Made by a program: the position numbers and the translations under genes
Notes under the pieces: model-generated
What the model saw: the letters and a program-made list of their open reading frames with translations, nothing else
Told to the model about the DNA's origin: nothing
Database searches by the model: none
Part shown: piece by piece, positions 50,853 to 63,153 of the stretch
Layout: each line of letters begins with the position of its first letter
How positions within the stretch are numbered: the first letter of the stretch is position 1
Source of the DNA: Lepidodermella squamata
Lineage: Eukaryota > Animalia > Gastrotricha
DNA: 64,000 nt
Reading direction: 5' to 3'
Assembly (NCBI GenBank): GCA_047495785.1
Contig: JBLDXI010000020.1
Coordinates: forward strand, 62,001 to 126,000

Positions 50853-52153
50853 GCTGTCTGTCGTCTGAAGTCGGACGTCAAAACGCAGAAGAGCGAAAGC
50901 GACAGAACAGCTGTTAAATCCCTATTTAATGCTGTATGCTGCGCAATCGCTGTCATATCGCAATTTTCGATTCTATTTGATTCAGGTACCGGAATGCTGA
51001 AATCTTTTCCCACTCAAACACTTTGAAACTCAAACGGTTATATGCCTGATCTAATTGATTGCAAATTGCAAGTTTTAGGCGTGTGTGCGTTTGTAAAGGA
51101 GCTTATTGGACTTAAACCTGGAGACGGTAAACCGCAGCTTTCAGTTTCCCGGTTTGGGACGTTCTCAGCAAAATACTGCGGCAATACTATTAAATAAAAT
51201 AGGCCAATATTTACTTCTTTGTTTAATACATTATTATTTGTTAATATTAAAAATACTGTCAAAAACAAATTACGCTATAAAAGTTAACGTTGGCGGGTTT
51301 AGGCGCTAAAAACTTGATACCTTCGTCTAACGACTGTGATTAGCTGACTAACTTACAAAAACCTGATGTCGAATCCTATGAAGCATTGCTATAACATCGG
51401 CGGCATCGCTACTTGCATTGTCCCTGAGACCTTGATATCAATTATGAGCCTACCTTCTTGCCCTTATTCTTCAAGCTGTCTACTATTGTGCCTCTGGCAT
51501 GAATAATCTGTTGCTAAAGCGATAATTTGATAAATATTAGACCCTGAAAAACATATTTCCTGGGCCCGAGTGGCTTGCAAGAGCAAACTTTTTAGAGATC
51601 AATATCAACCCATTTTATAAATAATCAACAAAGGGGCGACGTCAGGCTTCTCGCGGCAAGGTGACTGTTTTTTGCAAGTACACACTTGTTGAAACCGCAA
51701 AAAGACTGTAATTTTATGTCCGTGTGGGTTCCCGAATGACTCTTTGAGAGAACTTTAGCCATCAGCGTACGCGCAGTCACTGCTTACTGCTTAGAATGAT
51801 GAGATGTTGCTGCTATATGTGCCCTCGCTCACTTGGTTTGATTTTTGTGTTATTTTCCGTTTCTCATCCCCACTCATCACTCGTATCACATTCATTAATT
51901 TATTCATATGCTGTGGTTTTTTCCTCGCATTGCAATAATTGCTTTAGATACTGATCAAACGGAAATACAGTGTCCGGCCGCCGGCAGCCATCGCCATTTT
52001 CAGGTCACAGCTGAGGCTCATAGCATCAGCCGGATTTAGCTGATATTTGCGTGTACCCCAAACCTGGCTTGATGTTGGCATCAGCATTGCTAGAGCGATT
52101 AGTGTTGACTTGATAATTCTTGATTGCGTAAAATTCTACCTACGATTCAACTA

Positions 52154-52550
52154 CCGTACTGCCCGAAAAAAAAGCCAGCCTCGAATAAATGGCAGCCTCA
52201 AATAAATGTCAGAGGTTAGAGGTCGTTCAAAATAATAAGTGTCAGGCCCGAAATAAATGTCAGGTCAATGGCAGGGACTACACTGAGGATCACTATTGAG
52301 GTCATTGTAGCCATTCTGAATGGAGATAATTTCTACTCTTGGCACATAGAAAGGTCAGGGACCACTTTTTTGGGTCTAAATACGTAGAATCTCAGGAAAA
52401 TGGATGCCATTTTGGTACCTAGGCAAGTTACTAGTTGGTTCGAATAAATAAATGTCAGGCCCGGAATAAATGTCAGTCCCTTTTAAATGTCAGGGGTTCA
52501 TCAGCGTTTGAAAAAAACAAATGTCATGGTTTTTGTTCCGGGCAGTACGG
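52154..52550. mobile_element. pogo/Tigger-type MITE upstream of the CRTC ATG, TA TSD
   Basis: TA|CCGTACTGCCCG ... CGGGCAGTACGG|TA; internal AATAAATGTCAG repeats. Confidence 0.85.
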
Positions 52551-52662
52551 TATTTGATTATTGAATCTGATAGCAGATATTTTGAGTATGCCTATTCTTA
52601 GTTTATCATTAGATAATTTAATTATGATTGTCACTGGGAAATAGCTTTGCACTATACTTCGC

Positions 52663-54643
52663 ATGGCGACTACTCCTCGAAAATTCAGCGAGAAGATCGC
52701 CCTGCAGCAGCAAAAGCTTGCCGAGCAGCAGCGAGCTTTCGATGAGGTCATGCGTGAAGTCGAAGATGCCACTAAGGTAAATAAGCTCAATTAAGCCTTA
52801 AACAATCTTTAAATTTCTCAATTTCATAGAAAAAAGGTAGCCCGCCTTTGATAGATCCATACCGTGAAGCTGGCGTAGGCTATGGTGGAAATTATCAATC
52901 GATTCAATTTAATCCTGCTGTGAATGGCTATCCTAACATGAATACCAGTAATCGGCGGGTTGTAGATCTCTCTGGGGCTCTGCGTAATCTACAGTCTCTC
53001 ACACAACATGGCCCACATTCCCCGGATTACACAATGGTAGATCGGGGCTACATGATGCGACAAAGCGATTCCAATCCCAATTTTTGCAAACCTCAGCAAC
53101 GCATTGATCCGATGGGCTCCCACTCCAACATAGCCGCTGCTTCGAATGCCATCCCCTATGGGATACCCCCACCAAATCCTTACCTCCGTCTGCCTCTTGA
53201 CGCCAATTGGCATCGATCGCACTCAGATTCATCTTTACATGCGACTGTAATGGCTGGCCCGAATGGCATGCCTCCGAGCGGTTCGCAGCACCAAGGTAAT
53301 CCTGCTGACAACGCGATGCGAAGCGATCGGCGCAAGCAGCATTTCAACGCTAAAACGCGATCAACGGAACAGTATAACAATGGTTATGTGTCAGGATCGC
53401 CATACGGTTCACTCGTTACCCCTATGGCATCGCTTTCGATGAAGGCAGCGCCCCTGCAATCTCCGGATCCTAACATTAACTCGCCCGGCGAAATCGGCAA
53501 CGCGCTTTGTGACGATGCTCCTCTAACGCGTTTCGAATCGTCGCCTTCGCTAGGCCCTGTAAATGGTCAAGTGCCTGTTCTCGTCGATCAAACGCAAATA
53601 AGCCATGGTTCTTACAACATGAGCGTAAACCAGGCGGCGCGGCAGCCCAATCGCTACTCGCAGTACGACACGCCGTCTGGCGGCATCCCGCAAAACTACG
53701 CTTCCACTATGCCCCCGCCGCATTCGATGCGACCCGCTCCCAATTCATCTCAATCCAACAACATGGTTACCAGCCAAGAATCAACGTCTCTTTTGAACAC
53801 AAGCTCGCTGCCGGACCTCACAGTTGCGTTGGCAAATGGCTCGGCCTTGCCGAGTGGCTTCGCAGTCGGAGGAGATGGCTACGACGTCAATGCAAGCCAC
53901 AGATCTCCGGTGAGTCAGATGGTTCTTTGAGAAATTGTCACTAATTTTTAATGCATACTTTTGTTATGTAGACATCACGAGTGCACAAAACTCGCATGCC
54001 GAGGCACCACGTTCGCCAATCGCTACTAAGCCGCAGCCATCATAATCAGGGCCAAGCGTCGTATATGGGACATGGCGGGCGCAGTGTGAGCACCGCAGAC
54101 ATCATGTCGCTAGCTGCATATGACAGCAGCCAATCGAATGGCCACCTTGGAAATGCTCAAGCATCGTCGAGCGGCGGTTCTTCGCACCCGATGCCGATCG
54201 CCTCGTATCACCAGCCGTTCATCCCGGCTTACGAAGGCCAAGCCGCGTCTTACTCATCGTATCCAATGCAACCAGCGTATCATGTTTACAATGACATGTC
54301 GCAACAGATACCTGAAATTTGCATAGAGTCGGCTGAAGACGCGCAGTTGTTGCAGCAACTACAACAACAGCAGCCGATGCCGCAATCGCAGTTCTCGAAC
54401 TCGCCGCTCATGTCGCCATCACAGTACTCGGCGACCAGCCCCAATTCGTCAACTAATGGCGGTATTTTCTACGATCAGCAAGGCTTCGACGCAATGCTCG
54501 GCTCGTCGGTGCCGCTGGAATCCGGCATTGCGGGCGACTCTTCTTCGTCGTACCAGTCCCTGCCGGTGACAGGCCAGACGTCTTACTACTCATCGCCTTC
54601 CTCCGAACCGGCACAGCAGTTCTCGCCGAACTGGCAGTCCTGA
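52663..54643 (+). CDS. CRTC: CREB-regulated transcription coactivator (exons 52663-52776, ~52831-53909, 53972-54643)
   Basis: MATTPRKFSEKIALQQQKLAEQQRAFDEVMREV (CREB-binding helix); WHRSHSDSSLH (SIK/14-3-3 site); SSLPDLT; PEICIE (PxIxIT-like calcineurin dock). Confidence 0.93.
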
Positions 54644-57600
54644 GCGTTGTCTCCTTCGAGTTACTAGATTGCACACGTGCCAATTGCGACCCCGCAAGTG
54701 CTACAGATTTGCGAAACCGTCTGCTTGTCGGTTCTTGCCAATCGATTCAAGCGTATTCCAATTGATAGAAATTGAACAATAACCGGCCAAACAAAATTAA
54801 CATGACGGAATAGCAAATTGATGAAAAATTGAATTCTTGTAAATACGCGTTAACTATAACCTTTTTCTACATTTTTTCGATCGGAAAGTGGTCTGTATTT
54901 TCTATCGGCTTTGCGACACTGAATCAACGTTTTCTTTTCGACTTCTTGGCGCTGCTGTTGTGCATTCAACTATAGCTGTATTTTATTTTTGAGAGAACTG
55001 AATCAATGCCTTCACTTCTTCAATAATTATATATTTTGTAAAATATTTGTGTAATTTTAAAATGATTTTTACATACTATGTTTTGCGTCGAATTACTCTA
55101 TCCTTGCATTTCCAGCGACCTCTCGCCGTTGTTGACGCACACTCTGTTCTGCTTCACGTTACACAGAAGAATCCTAAGTTATTTCTGCACTTGCTGATTT
55201 TTCCAGTTGTCGACCCAGCTGTGTATAACTCATTTGGCTAGCCATTCAACTGGGTACCATTTTCTCTTGTTGTGCCATGTCCGAAACATACTTCGGAGCT
55301 CATCTGCGGATTTTTCAACTTGTTATTTTTGCCGTCCGTCATCTGTCTATTTTATAAAGGAGAGAAATTCGCGAAGATGCGAACAATTGTTATGCTATTA
55401 TTAAAGACTTTAATTATGTACAAAACTGCGAACTATGTTCATCTTCATATCATGTGACTGTCGCTTATGAAAAGAAGGTAATAAAGTTATTGCCATGTTT
55501 AGTCATCGAGTGCTTTTGAGATTTCCTGCTGGCAATTAAACAAAATCCGCCGGCACTTCATTAGGTTTGATTGCGATTTAATTTGGGCGCTTTAAATAGC
55601 CTTGCTCCGACGCAGTACCGATGATCGCAGTGCATGACGACGACAGGTCCCATCAAAAATAATCGGCTTACAGGTGTACTATTATTTGCTCTCTATATGA
55701 CGAATATTGAATATTGATAAGCTTAAACAAAGGTTCCATAAGCAGGATCCGGTTGCAGCAGAACAACATCGTATAAAGTGGAGAGGACCTATGCTCGCTA
55801 CTGGGTTGAAAAATAAGAATGGGTTGATTCCGCATCCGAAATTGTGAACTCTCCATGAGGTCATGAGACCGCGAATGTCCGAGAATTCAGGCCTTCAATA
55901 GCCGTTGCGCTCTGGGATAAGTGGTGCAATTAAAATGAAAAAGACGGTCGATGTTCTTCCTCCTTTTCCATATTTTATTCTTTCAGATTCTTTCCATCTT
56001 CCAAAAGCATTCCAATAGCATATTACAATTGTTCAAGTAAAAATGAACGTTCTGGGCAACGACTGAATTTTTTTTAATTGTTAACTTTGCCTAAACGACC
56101 TGCCAGTTGTCATTACCGCATGTTTGTACCGTCAATTTTCGGGCATCATGAACCATTGGGGCTATTTGGATGAGAATTGGTGTCATCACATTTTTATTGA
56201 GACCTCAAAGGCTACATTGCCAAACTTTGAAAGAAATCCTGCAGACCATCCTCAACAGACCGCCTCAGCGTTGGAAGTAGGTTCGGTCGACCGACGCCGT
56301 TCCCGGTCTGTTCCCGTTCCAGGTCCGGTCTCAAAAAGCGTCATTGGCAGACCGGGGAAAGTTGAATTTTCAATTTATCAGGCTGGGTATGAAAGAAATG
56401 GGAAATATCCAAGGAAAAACTAGATTTTCCTGTTTTTCTCATTATCCTAGGATAATGAGAAAACACTGAGCATTAGAGCGGCAGTGCAATGTTTTGCAAA
56501 CGTATCGGATGGTTGGGCTGGTTCACGGCTTCCGAACTATTTTACTGACCTTGATCGCACGGCCTCACGGGTCTTTGAAGACTCCTAACATAGAGGTGAT
56601 GTTTTAATTATGAGTGAGTAAAGCAATTGTATTGTATTGTAGGTAATTGAAATTGGTATTCTTTTTTCGCTATTTTCATGCAATTCTAAAACCGGTAGAA
56701 AGTTCCGTTCCAGGCCCGGTCCAGTTTGCATTCGACTGTTCGCAGGTCCGGTTTGTCTAAGATTGAAACATGTAGGGTTTTCTGCAAAACCTTACATGTT
56801 TCCAACAATGGACCGCCTACTTATATGTAAATTTTTATCCAGGTATGTCCCAATCACGCGCATTCGCAGGTGAGGTTTAGGGTTTAGGCGGGTGAAAACG
56901 ACACCCAATGCAAATTTCATTTTAGTTGGAACCAATCGCAAGGTTTGGGCTTCAGATGACATTTTTTCCATGGGGGCTAATGCTTTCATATATAACAGGA
57001 AAAAAGTACGACACGAGGCGATGCACACGTATGGCCAGGTAATTGCAGCCAAATTTCCCTATGTGTAATTTTACTACAGAGGCAAATTGGTATCTTTGTT
57101 TAATTCACGGATTATTTGGCTGAGTAATTTTTAAGTTGTTTGAAGGCGGTTTGAAGAAAGTCAGCAGAAGAGCCGGGAAATAAGAGAAAATAATTCAAAA
57201 CAAAATTTAAGAAATGCGAGAATTGCAAAAACGACGCTGCTATTTCAGACGTCAAACCATCGCTGAGCAGATGACAGAGACCCGCTTCATGCGACGCATC
57301 ATAACAACTCGATCACACGACAATCAGCAAATAATGCCTAATCACCGTTTATAATGATGAAGCGTGGCCATTTCGCCCGGAAACACCTTACGGGTTTTCA
57401 ACTTTTTGCTTTTTCCTGACCAACATGGGCTATACGAAGTTCGTACTGTCATCTATGATCGAAATTTTGATATTTCGAAGTACCTCACGTTCCTCAGACA
57501 ATAATAATTAAGGTCATTGCCTGACAACTGGTCCCCATATATAACACAGTAACGCCATATTTATCTCCGACTGATATAATTGAAACGCAGTCTTCAGCAA

Positions 57601-57889
57601 AAACGATCTTCTTTATTTCTATCGCCTTCGAATGATCATCAAGATGATTAGCTGCACAACTTGACACAGACGAAATGTGAAGATGAGGGGTTGGATATAA
57701 ATAAATGTCTCGATCATAAATCAGTACATACATTAAAAATAACTGATGGATAGGAAATGGACCTATGCGGGTTAAGGGTTCGATGATACGCTGAAACGAC
57801 GATTACAAAGACGACCGGGCGGTCGATCTTACTGGCCCGTTGCTGCTTGTTGTTATTTCGTTATAAAAATGTTTCCTAATACATAGAAG

Positions 57890-58411
57890 TTAACGCCTAC
57901 GTCCGATTCGGAGGAAACCTGAGGCCCGATTCTGGCGAGCGAAAAGTTTCGCAATTGCATCGGAATCCTGACCTGCCCGCCCGATACGCATGAAACCAGC
58001 TGCGCGCTTTTCGACGCTCTCCTCGTCCTCACTGCTGTCGATGTTTCGCTTGCCGATGCGAAGAAAGCCTGATGCGCGCTTGCCGATCCTCATGAACCCA
58101 GCTGCTCTTTTGCCGATGCGCATAAATCCGGAGGCCCGCTTGCCAATTCGCATGAATCCAGCGGCGCGCTTGGCCCAGCCATCGATGCTACCGAACCCGT
58201 TCTCTTCGCTGCTGTCTGGCGTCACCACCTCGTCACAGAGAGTCACGGCGTAGCAACGATCACCCAGCCGTAGTGCCTCGGCACCCTCCGCCGAAAGGCA
58301 GGGGACATTTTTGAAGCCGACCTGGCAATCGTCGATGCCATCAGCAAGGCAAAACGTCGACAAAACCGTCAACGCAGCGAAAACCGAAGGAAGCCAAGCA
58401 GCATTTACCAT
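57890..58411 (-). CDS. FxRIamide (AxGFxRIamide) neuropeptide precursor, single coding exon
   Basis: Signal peptide MVNAAWLPSVFAALTVLSTFCLA; 4-Cys pro-region; six basic-site-flanked, Gly-extended peptides: AAGFMRI-G x3, ASGFMRI-G x1, ASGFLRI-G x2. The first ATG is at 58411; 58420 in the ORF track is a TTG. Confidence 0.95.
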   Translation of the reverse strand: MVNAAWLPSVFAALTVLSTFCLADGIDDCQVGFKNVPCLSAEGAEALRLGDRCYAVTLCDEVVTPDSSEENGFGSIDGWAKRAAGFMRIGKRASGFMRIGKRAAGFMRIGKRASGFLRIGKRNIDSSEDEESVEKRAAGFMRIGRAGQDSDAIAKLFARQNRASGFLRIGRRR

Positions 58412-59390
58412 TTTTGTCAAACAATTATTTCAAAAAGGGGAATGACCTAGATGAATGAGTAAATGGAAAATGGAATTCGTGGCTTATAACCATCGTGCCG
58501 TGTGACCGGCAGCGTCGAACTACGGCGTGGAGGCGGATATCTAAGGTTATCGTTATCGAATTAGATGGAAGCTTGAAAGCGCCTTGAGCGCTCTGAAATT
58601 ACTCGATCAGACTTGTATGCGCGAAATTGCGCCATATCATCGACTAGTCATCTCGGTCAATTGAGTTAAACGTCACGACAAATAGCGTGATGACAAAGCC
58701 CGACAGGAAAAAATACAGAAAAAATGAAATTATGTTCACCACCGTTTTTGGGAAACGATATATTCGTTTTGAGTACATCATCACGAAAAACGGCGCGGCC
58801 ATATGATGGCGCAGTGCGGTAACGCGGTGCTGCGCACGGAAATGGCAGGCGTAATGCAAGCTAACAAATGAACTCCCACGCCCTCGAAATAGCGCGAGGC
58901 TCACTGCTTCACCCGAAACAATGAAGGCTAATAGGCACACCTATGTAATTGATAATTGTTCATTGCAAAGAATGAAGAGTGAAAATAAAATTTGAATTCT
59001 AAAAAAAATTTTAAATACGAAAAAACAGGAACTATGCGTAGCAAAATAGCTTCCGAGTTGACTTGTCGATGTGACGGGCGCAATTTTAATTGTTGATGAC
59101 TTTAGTTTGCCTGCAGCGACACTGCGCGGCCTTAATCCCCACACACGCGTATCTTTGCGCTGTGCAGTCCCGATTTAGCAAGGTGTAAATGACGGGGACA
59201 AAAGGTACTGACAAATAGAGGCACGATTTATGAAGATTCGGCACAGCTTCCCACGGAAGTCGATTGGCTTTCTCACTTCAAATTATTGGTGTCACTGAAC
59301 AAACACGCCCCGAGGAATATCAAGAGAGTAGTGATGGCCAATATGCTGATGTTTATTTTTCATTCATTTTTAACGCTTCAAAATATGCCT

Positions 59391-61463
59391 TCATTTTTTG
59401 CCGAGGGCGGCGAGGAACCCAGCCGTCTCCTGCGCTTGCTGCTGCTCACTGTCGTAGCCGGTGCGTTCTCGCGCGTAAGGGTCGTCGTCATAATTGTAGG
59501 ACGACCGGTAGTAACCCACGTTCGTGTCGTCCTCGTCCTCCTCGTTTGACGGCGTGTCGCTTTCAGCATAATCACTCTGCGGCGCGTCGCTTAGTGCCAC
59601 TTGTGGGTCGGCACTTGCTTGCGGCACTTGTTGATTGTTCTTCATTAGCATATCACTTTCTTTCGCCACCTTGCTATTATGCATCATCATCGAAGAGTGA
59701 TCCATCGTCGATGATCCGTCGGAATTACCGTGGTCATGCGCCATAGGCATTACGCCAGGCGGGGGCGGCGGCACTTCGCTAACCTAAAATAATTCATAAA
59801 ATAAATTTTTGATTAACACTTCGCATTCAAAATTAGTAGTACGAATGATACCGTTTTGGGCATAGCCGACAGATTTAAGTTTCCGTCGTGAAAATCGCGC
59901 CACGTGAATGCAGGCGGGCCTGGATTCTGGCAGAACGCCTGATCGGGACGAGGCCCATCAGTGTAGTAGTAAATGTAAAAATTGCACATTTCTGCGTGCT
60001 GGCTGCTTCTGAAAGATTAAATTTTGGGAAGTTAGCACCAAGATGAAGATGAAAATCGTTCCTAAAAATAATATGTGCCCTGCATTTTCATCAACTTTCC
60101 AACTAAGGGATTCATTATTTTCGTAACAAAGGCTCCCAACGGAAACTTTCAGCTGAATTACCGCTCTAAAGCTTCATAGATCATATGGTAACGATTATGG
60201 AAAGCTCTTGGAAAGCTGGGAATCCGGAGCAATTCGGCTAGCCCAAGTTGAAGCTAGTAAATTTAAGATCAATGCCGAAATGCCGAGTTATCTCCTTGTA
60301 CTAACCCCGAATTATTAGCAAATCGGGACACTTCTACTCTTGTTTCAGCGGTCGATGTATAAAAAGTAGCTTACCCGATAGAAACCGAATGATCTCCGTT
60401 GTTGAACATGGTACAGCGAGCCGCGAGAATGTCGTTTTGGCGGATGTCAACGCCTGGCGATGTCACGTCATAAAATGTCTGGGGAAGGTTTGGGCTTTGA
60501 CGGCCGATCTCAGTCCACTGGCCGTCGCGAACACGATAGCCGCTAAAAATATGCCAAGTTGCGCTTCAGTAAACGTAGACAGAGCGGAAATTCTAATACC
60601 TTATTACGAGGCCGTTCGAGTGCGAATGTGTTCGATATGCGAATGGATGCAGTTCCAAGCCAACTGGTTGGTCCAGAAGGCAGGCAACTTCGAAATTTAC
60701 TACTTGTTTCGGAGGTATAACGCCATCAGTAGAGGCTAGTAGAAAAATGCCGGCGAGACGAGGTGTCCTGAACACAAAATATTTTTCACAAGAAAATTCG
60801 ACTGATAATGATGATTACGGCTTAGATGACGTGAGGAATTCAACACCCGCCTGGTCGGAGATGGTGCTCGGTGGATGGAAGACGGTCGTGTCTTTGTAGT
60901 GTTGCTGTAGCACCAGATAGCGTGTATCATCGGTCCCGACGAGGTATCCGACGTCCTCGGGCAGACTGAATGCAGGCGCTCCCATCGCCCAAGCGTAAAT
61001 GATAGTCGGCGCCTGCCCATCAGCGCATATCGGGCCTTTTTCGTAAGCTACCTGATTGCTGTCGCTGGGATCGGTCATTTCGCCACAATTCCATGCGTGG
61101 CTGGGCTGCGGCATATTGGACTCAGCACAGCCGTAGACTATTATGTGGTGATTGATTGACTTGTTTGCAATTGGATTGAACCCAACTAAAATTTGAATTG
61201 CTTCATTAATTCACATAATTCAGCCGTAACTGAATTCATACCAATGTAAACAGGAGAATCAATGCGTCGGGTGTAACATAACGTTAAATCATCCTGCAGA
61301 AACGTAACTTGAGTGGATATTTTTTGCATTTTCGGTTTCTACTCACTGTTTGGGGTCGAACTGATGGCATCCGCAGTTGAAAGGATCCGTCACTACCTGA
61401 ACCAAGGACGCCAATAGCGCCAAAAATCACCGGCAGCAACATGGAAGAACTTATTAGAAACAT
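59391..61463 (-). CDS. PHM: Monofunctional peptidylglycine alpha-hydroxylating monooxygenase (exons 61463-61347, 61293-61242, 61185-60819, 60767-60600, 60542-60375, 60008-59852, 59783-59391)
   Basis: Signal peptide, LRMPSVRP, CuH ligands NHHIIVYGC and LQQHY, YAWA, CuM ligands FAYRTHSH and EMCNFY. No PAL or transmembrane domain; AATAAA follows the stop. Confidence 0.95.
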
Positions 61464-62551
61464 GTTGCTTTATAATTCCCTACGCAATAGAAGCAGGCGA
61501 AGAAAATGTTATAGCGCGCGAGATCGAAAAGATAATGGCGACCCAGCGTATGCGTGTGTGACAAACGTCCGGCGTATGGTCTGGCATAAAATTAGTCGTA
61601 ATTCAATTGTGAACTGGGGTGCAAGCTTTCCCTCATAATATTTCAATTCATCAAAAGATATGTAGTGTCCAATGGTGAGAAAGTACATGGGAATGTCGAA
61701 CCTTTCCAGGTACTCTTGCAATCGCTACAAATCAGTATTACGATTTAACATAATTTGTATGATACAGGCCTTTATCGGTTATCGGTTAAAATAATAAAAA
61801 AATCAGAGCATTGCATATGGGCATCATTATTAGCTGCCGCAATCGCGATATTATTTGCCGTATCATAGCGCGTCTCGGTCTTATCGGGCGTAGGTGTCAA
61901 GTATGAAAAATACTAAATTTTCGTAATGAAAAAATTAGCGCCCATCTGGCGTGTGCTTGCGTGATGAATGCCGACGTTTATTTACCCCGCGTTTCAAGAG
62001 CAGGGTGTGCAAAAATATAGTCATCGGCGAACGAAAAAATGAAACGGCAAAAAATCTATAATATTCGACAGCGCGTGCCTCACCTTCGTCGCGCAGTGGC
62101 GCTGCGTCACAGAACTCGGTCTATAAACACATCAGCCCGAGTAATAAATTCGCTGATTGTGCCCACGGCTTCTCAGGCTAAAGGAATATAAATTTATATA
62201 TATGTGTGTGTGTACTTGCGTGTGTCGCATAAACAGCGCGCTTCTCGGATGCGGAAACGATATAAGGAATAAAAGGGGCCAAAAATCGTTAAAATACTAG
62301 AGCCGAACGAGCGCGTGCTGTTTGGTTCGCAGAGGAGGCGATCGGCGTCGAATCCCCAGGCTCATCACCAGCCAAGAAAATAATGACAAATTTGTTATTG
62401 CCCAAACAAGACGTCAAAAAAGGACCATGAGTCAGCCAATTTATTTTATTATTGCACATTAACGACAGTAACATATAGATTAAACATTGTACATACCAAA
62501 ATCACAGGGCGTAACAAAAAGTTTGAAGCACATAATATGATAGGAATGGTC

Positions 62552-63069
62552 TCACTTAGCCGGGCCGCCAGCCGTCAACACTTTGCTTTGCTGCTGCATG
62601 TGAAGGTGAGCTAATTGCTGCTGGTAGAAAGCGGCGTGACGCAGCAGGTCAGCAAGGTTCGCGAAGTGAGACGTGCTCTTACGTAGATCTGCGATCGTCC
62701 TCACGCCATATTGCAAGTCTTCACAAGCTTCTTCTAGCCGCGAGTTCGCCCCATCAACCGCTGACTTCCTTTCGATAAGATGAGGTACGCTTTTTCGCAC
62801 ATGCTCCTGTAAGCAAAAATCTTAATATCCTGATTAGAAAATATAATATCCAGTAATATACTTGAATTCGGAAGAAAGCTAAGGAAGGTTCATTAGCAAC
62901 TCCGTGAAGATTATCCGATAGACGATCCGTTACTTTTGCCGCTTTATTTTCGACGGTGGGATCTCGCAAAAAGGCTGAAACAACAGCAGCCGCGGCGCCT
63001 ACCGTTGGTGGGATTTGTATGTTGCTATCGATGGTGTTTTTTCTCTGCATATGCGCCTGATTCGCCATT
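62552..63069 (-). CDS. BORCS8: BLOC-1-related complex subunit 8 (MEF2BNB)
   Basis: KVTDRLSDNLHGVANEPSLAFFRIQ|EHVRKSVPHL; intron 62861-62807. Start is 63069 or 63095; the C-terminal end is uncertain. Confidence 0.9.
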
Positions 63070-63153
63070 TCAAAGTCAGTAATAAAATCTATCATAGATA
63101 ATTACCAATCAAATTTCGATCAATTTAATGGTAAGCAGCAAAAATAAATCGCC

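Noticed and set aside
62100-62420. CRE-like sites (TGCGTCA, GACGTCA) upstream of PHM
   Set aside because: Short motifs expected by chance; no conservation data.
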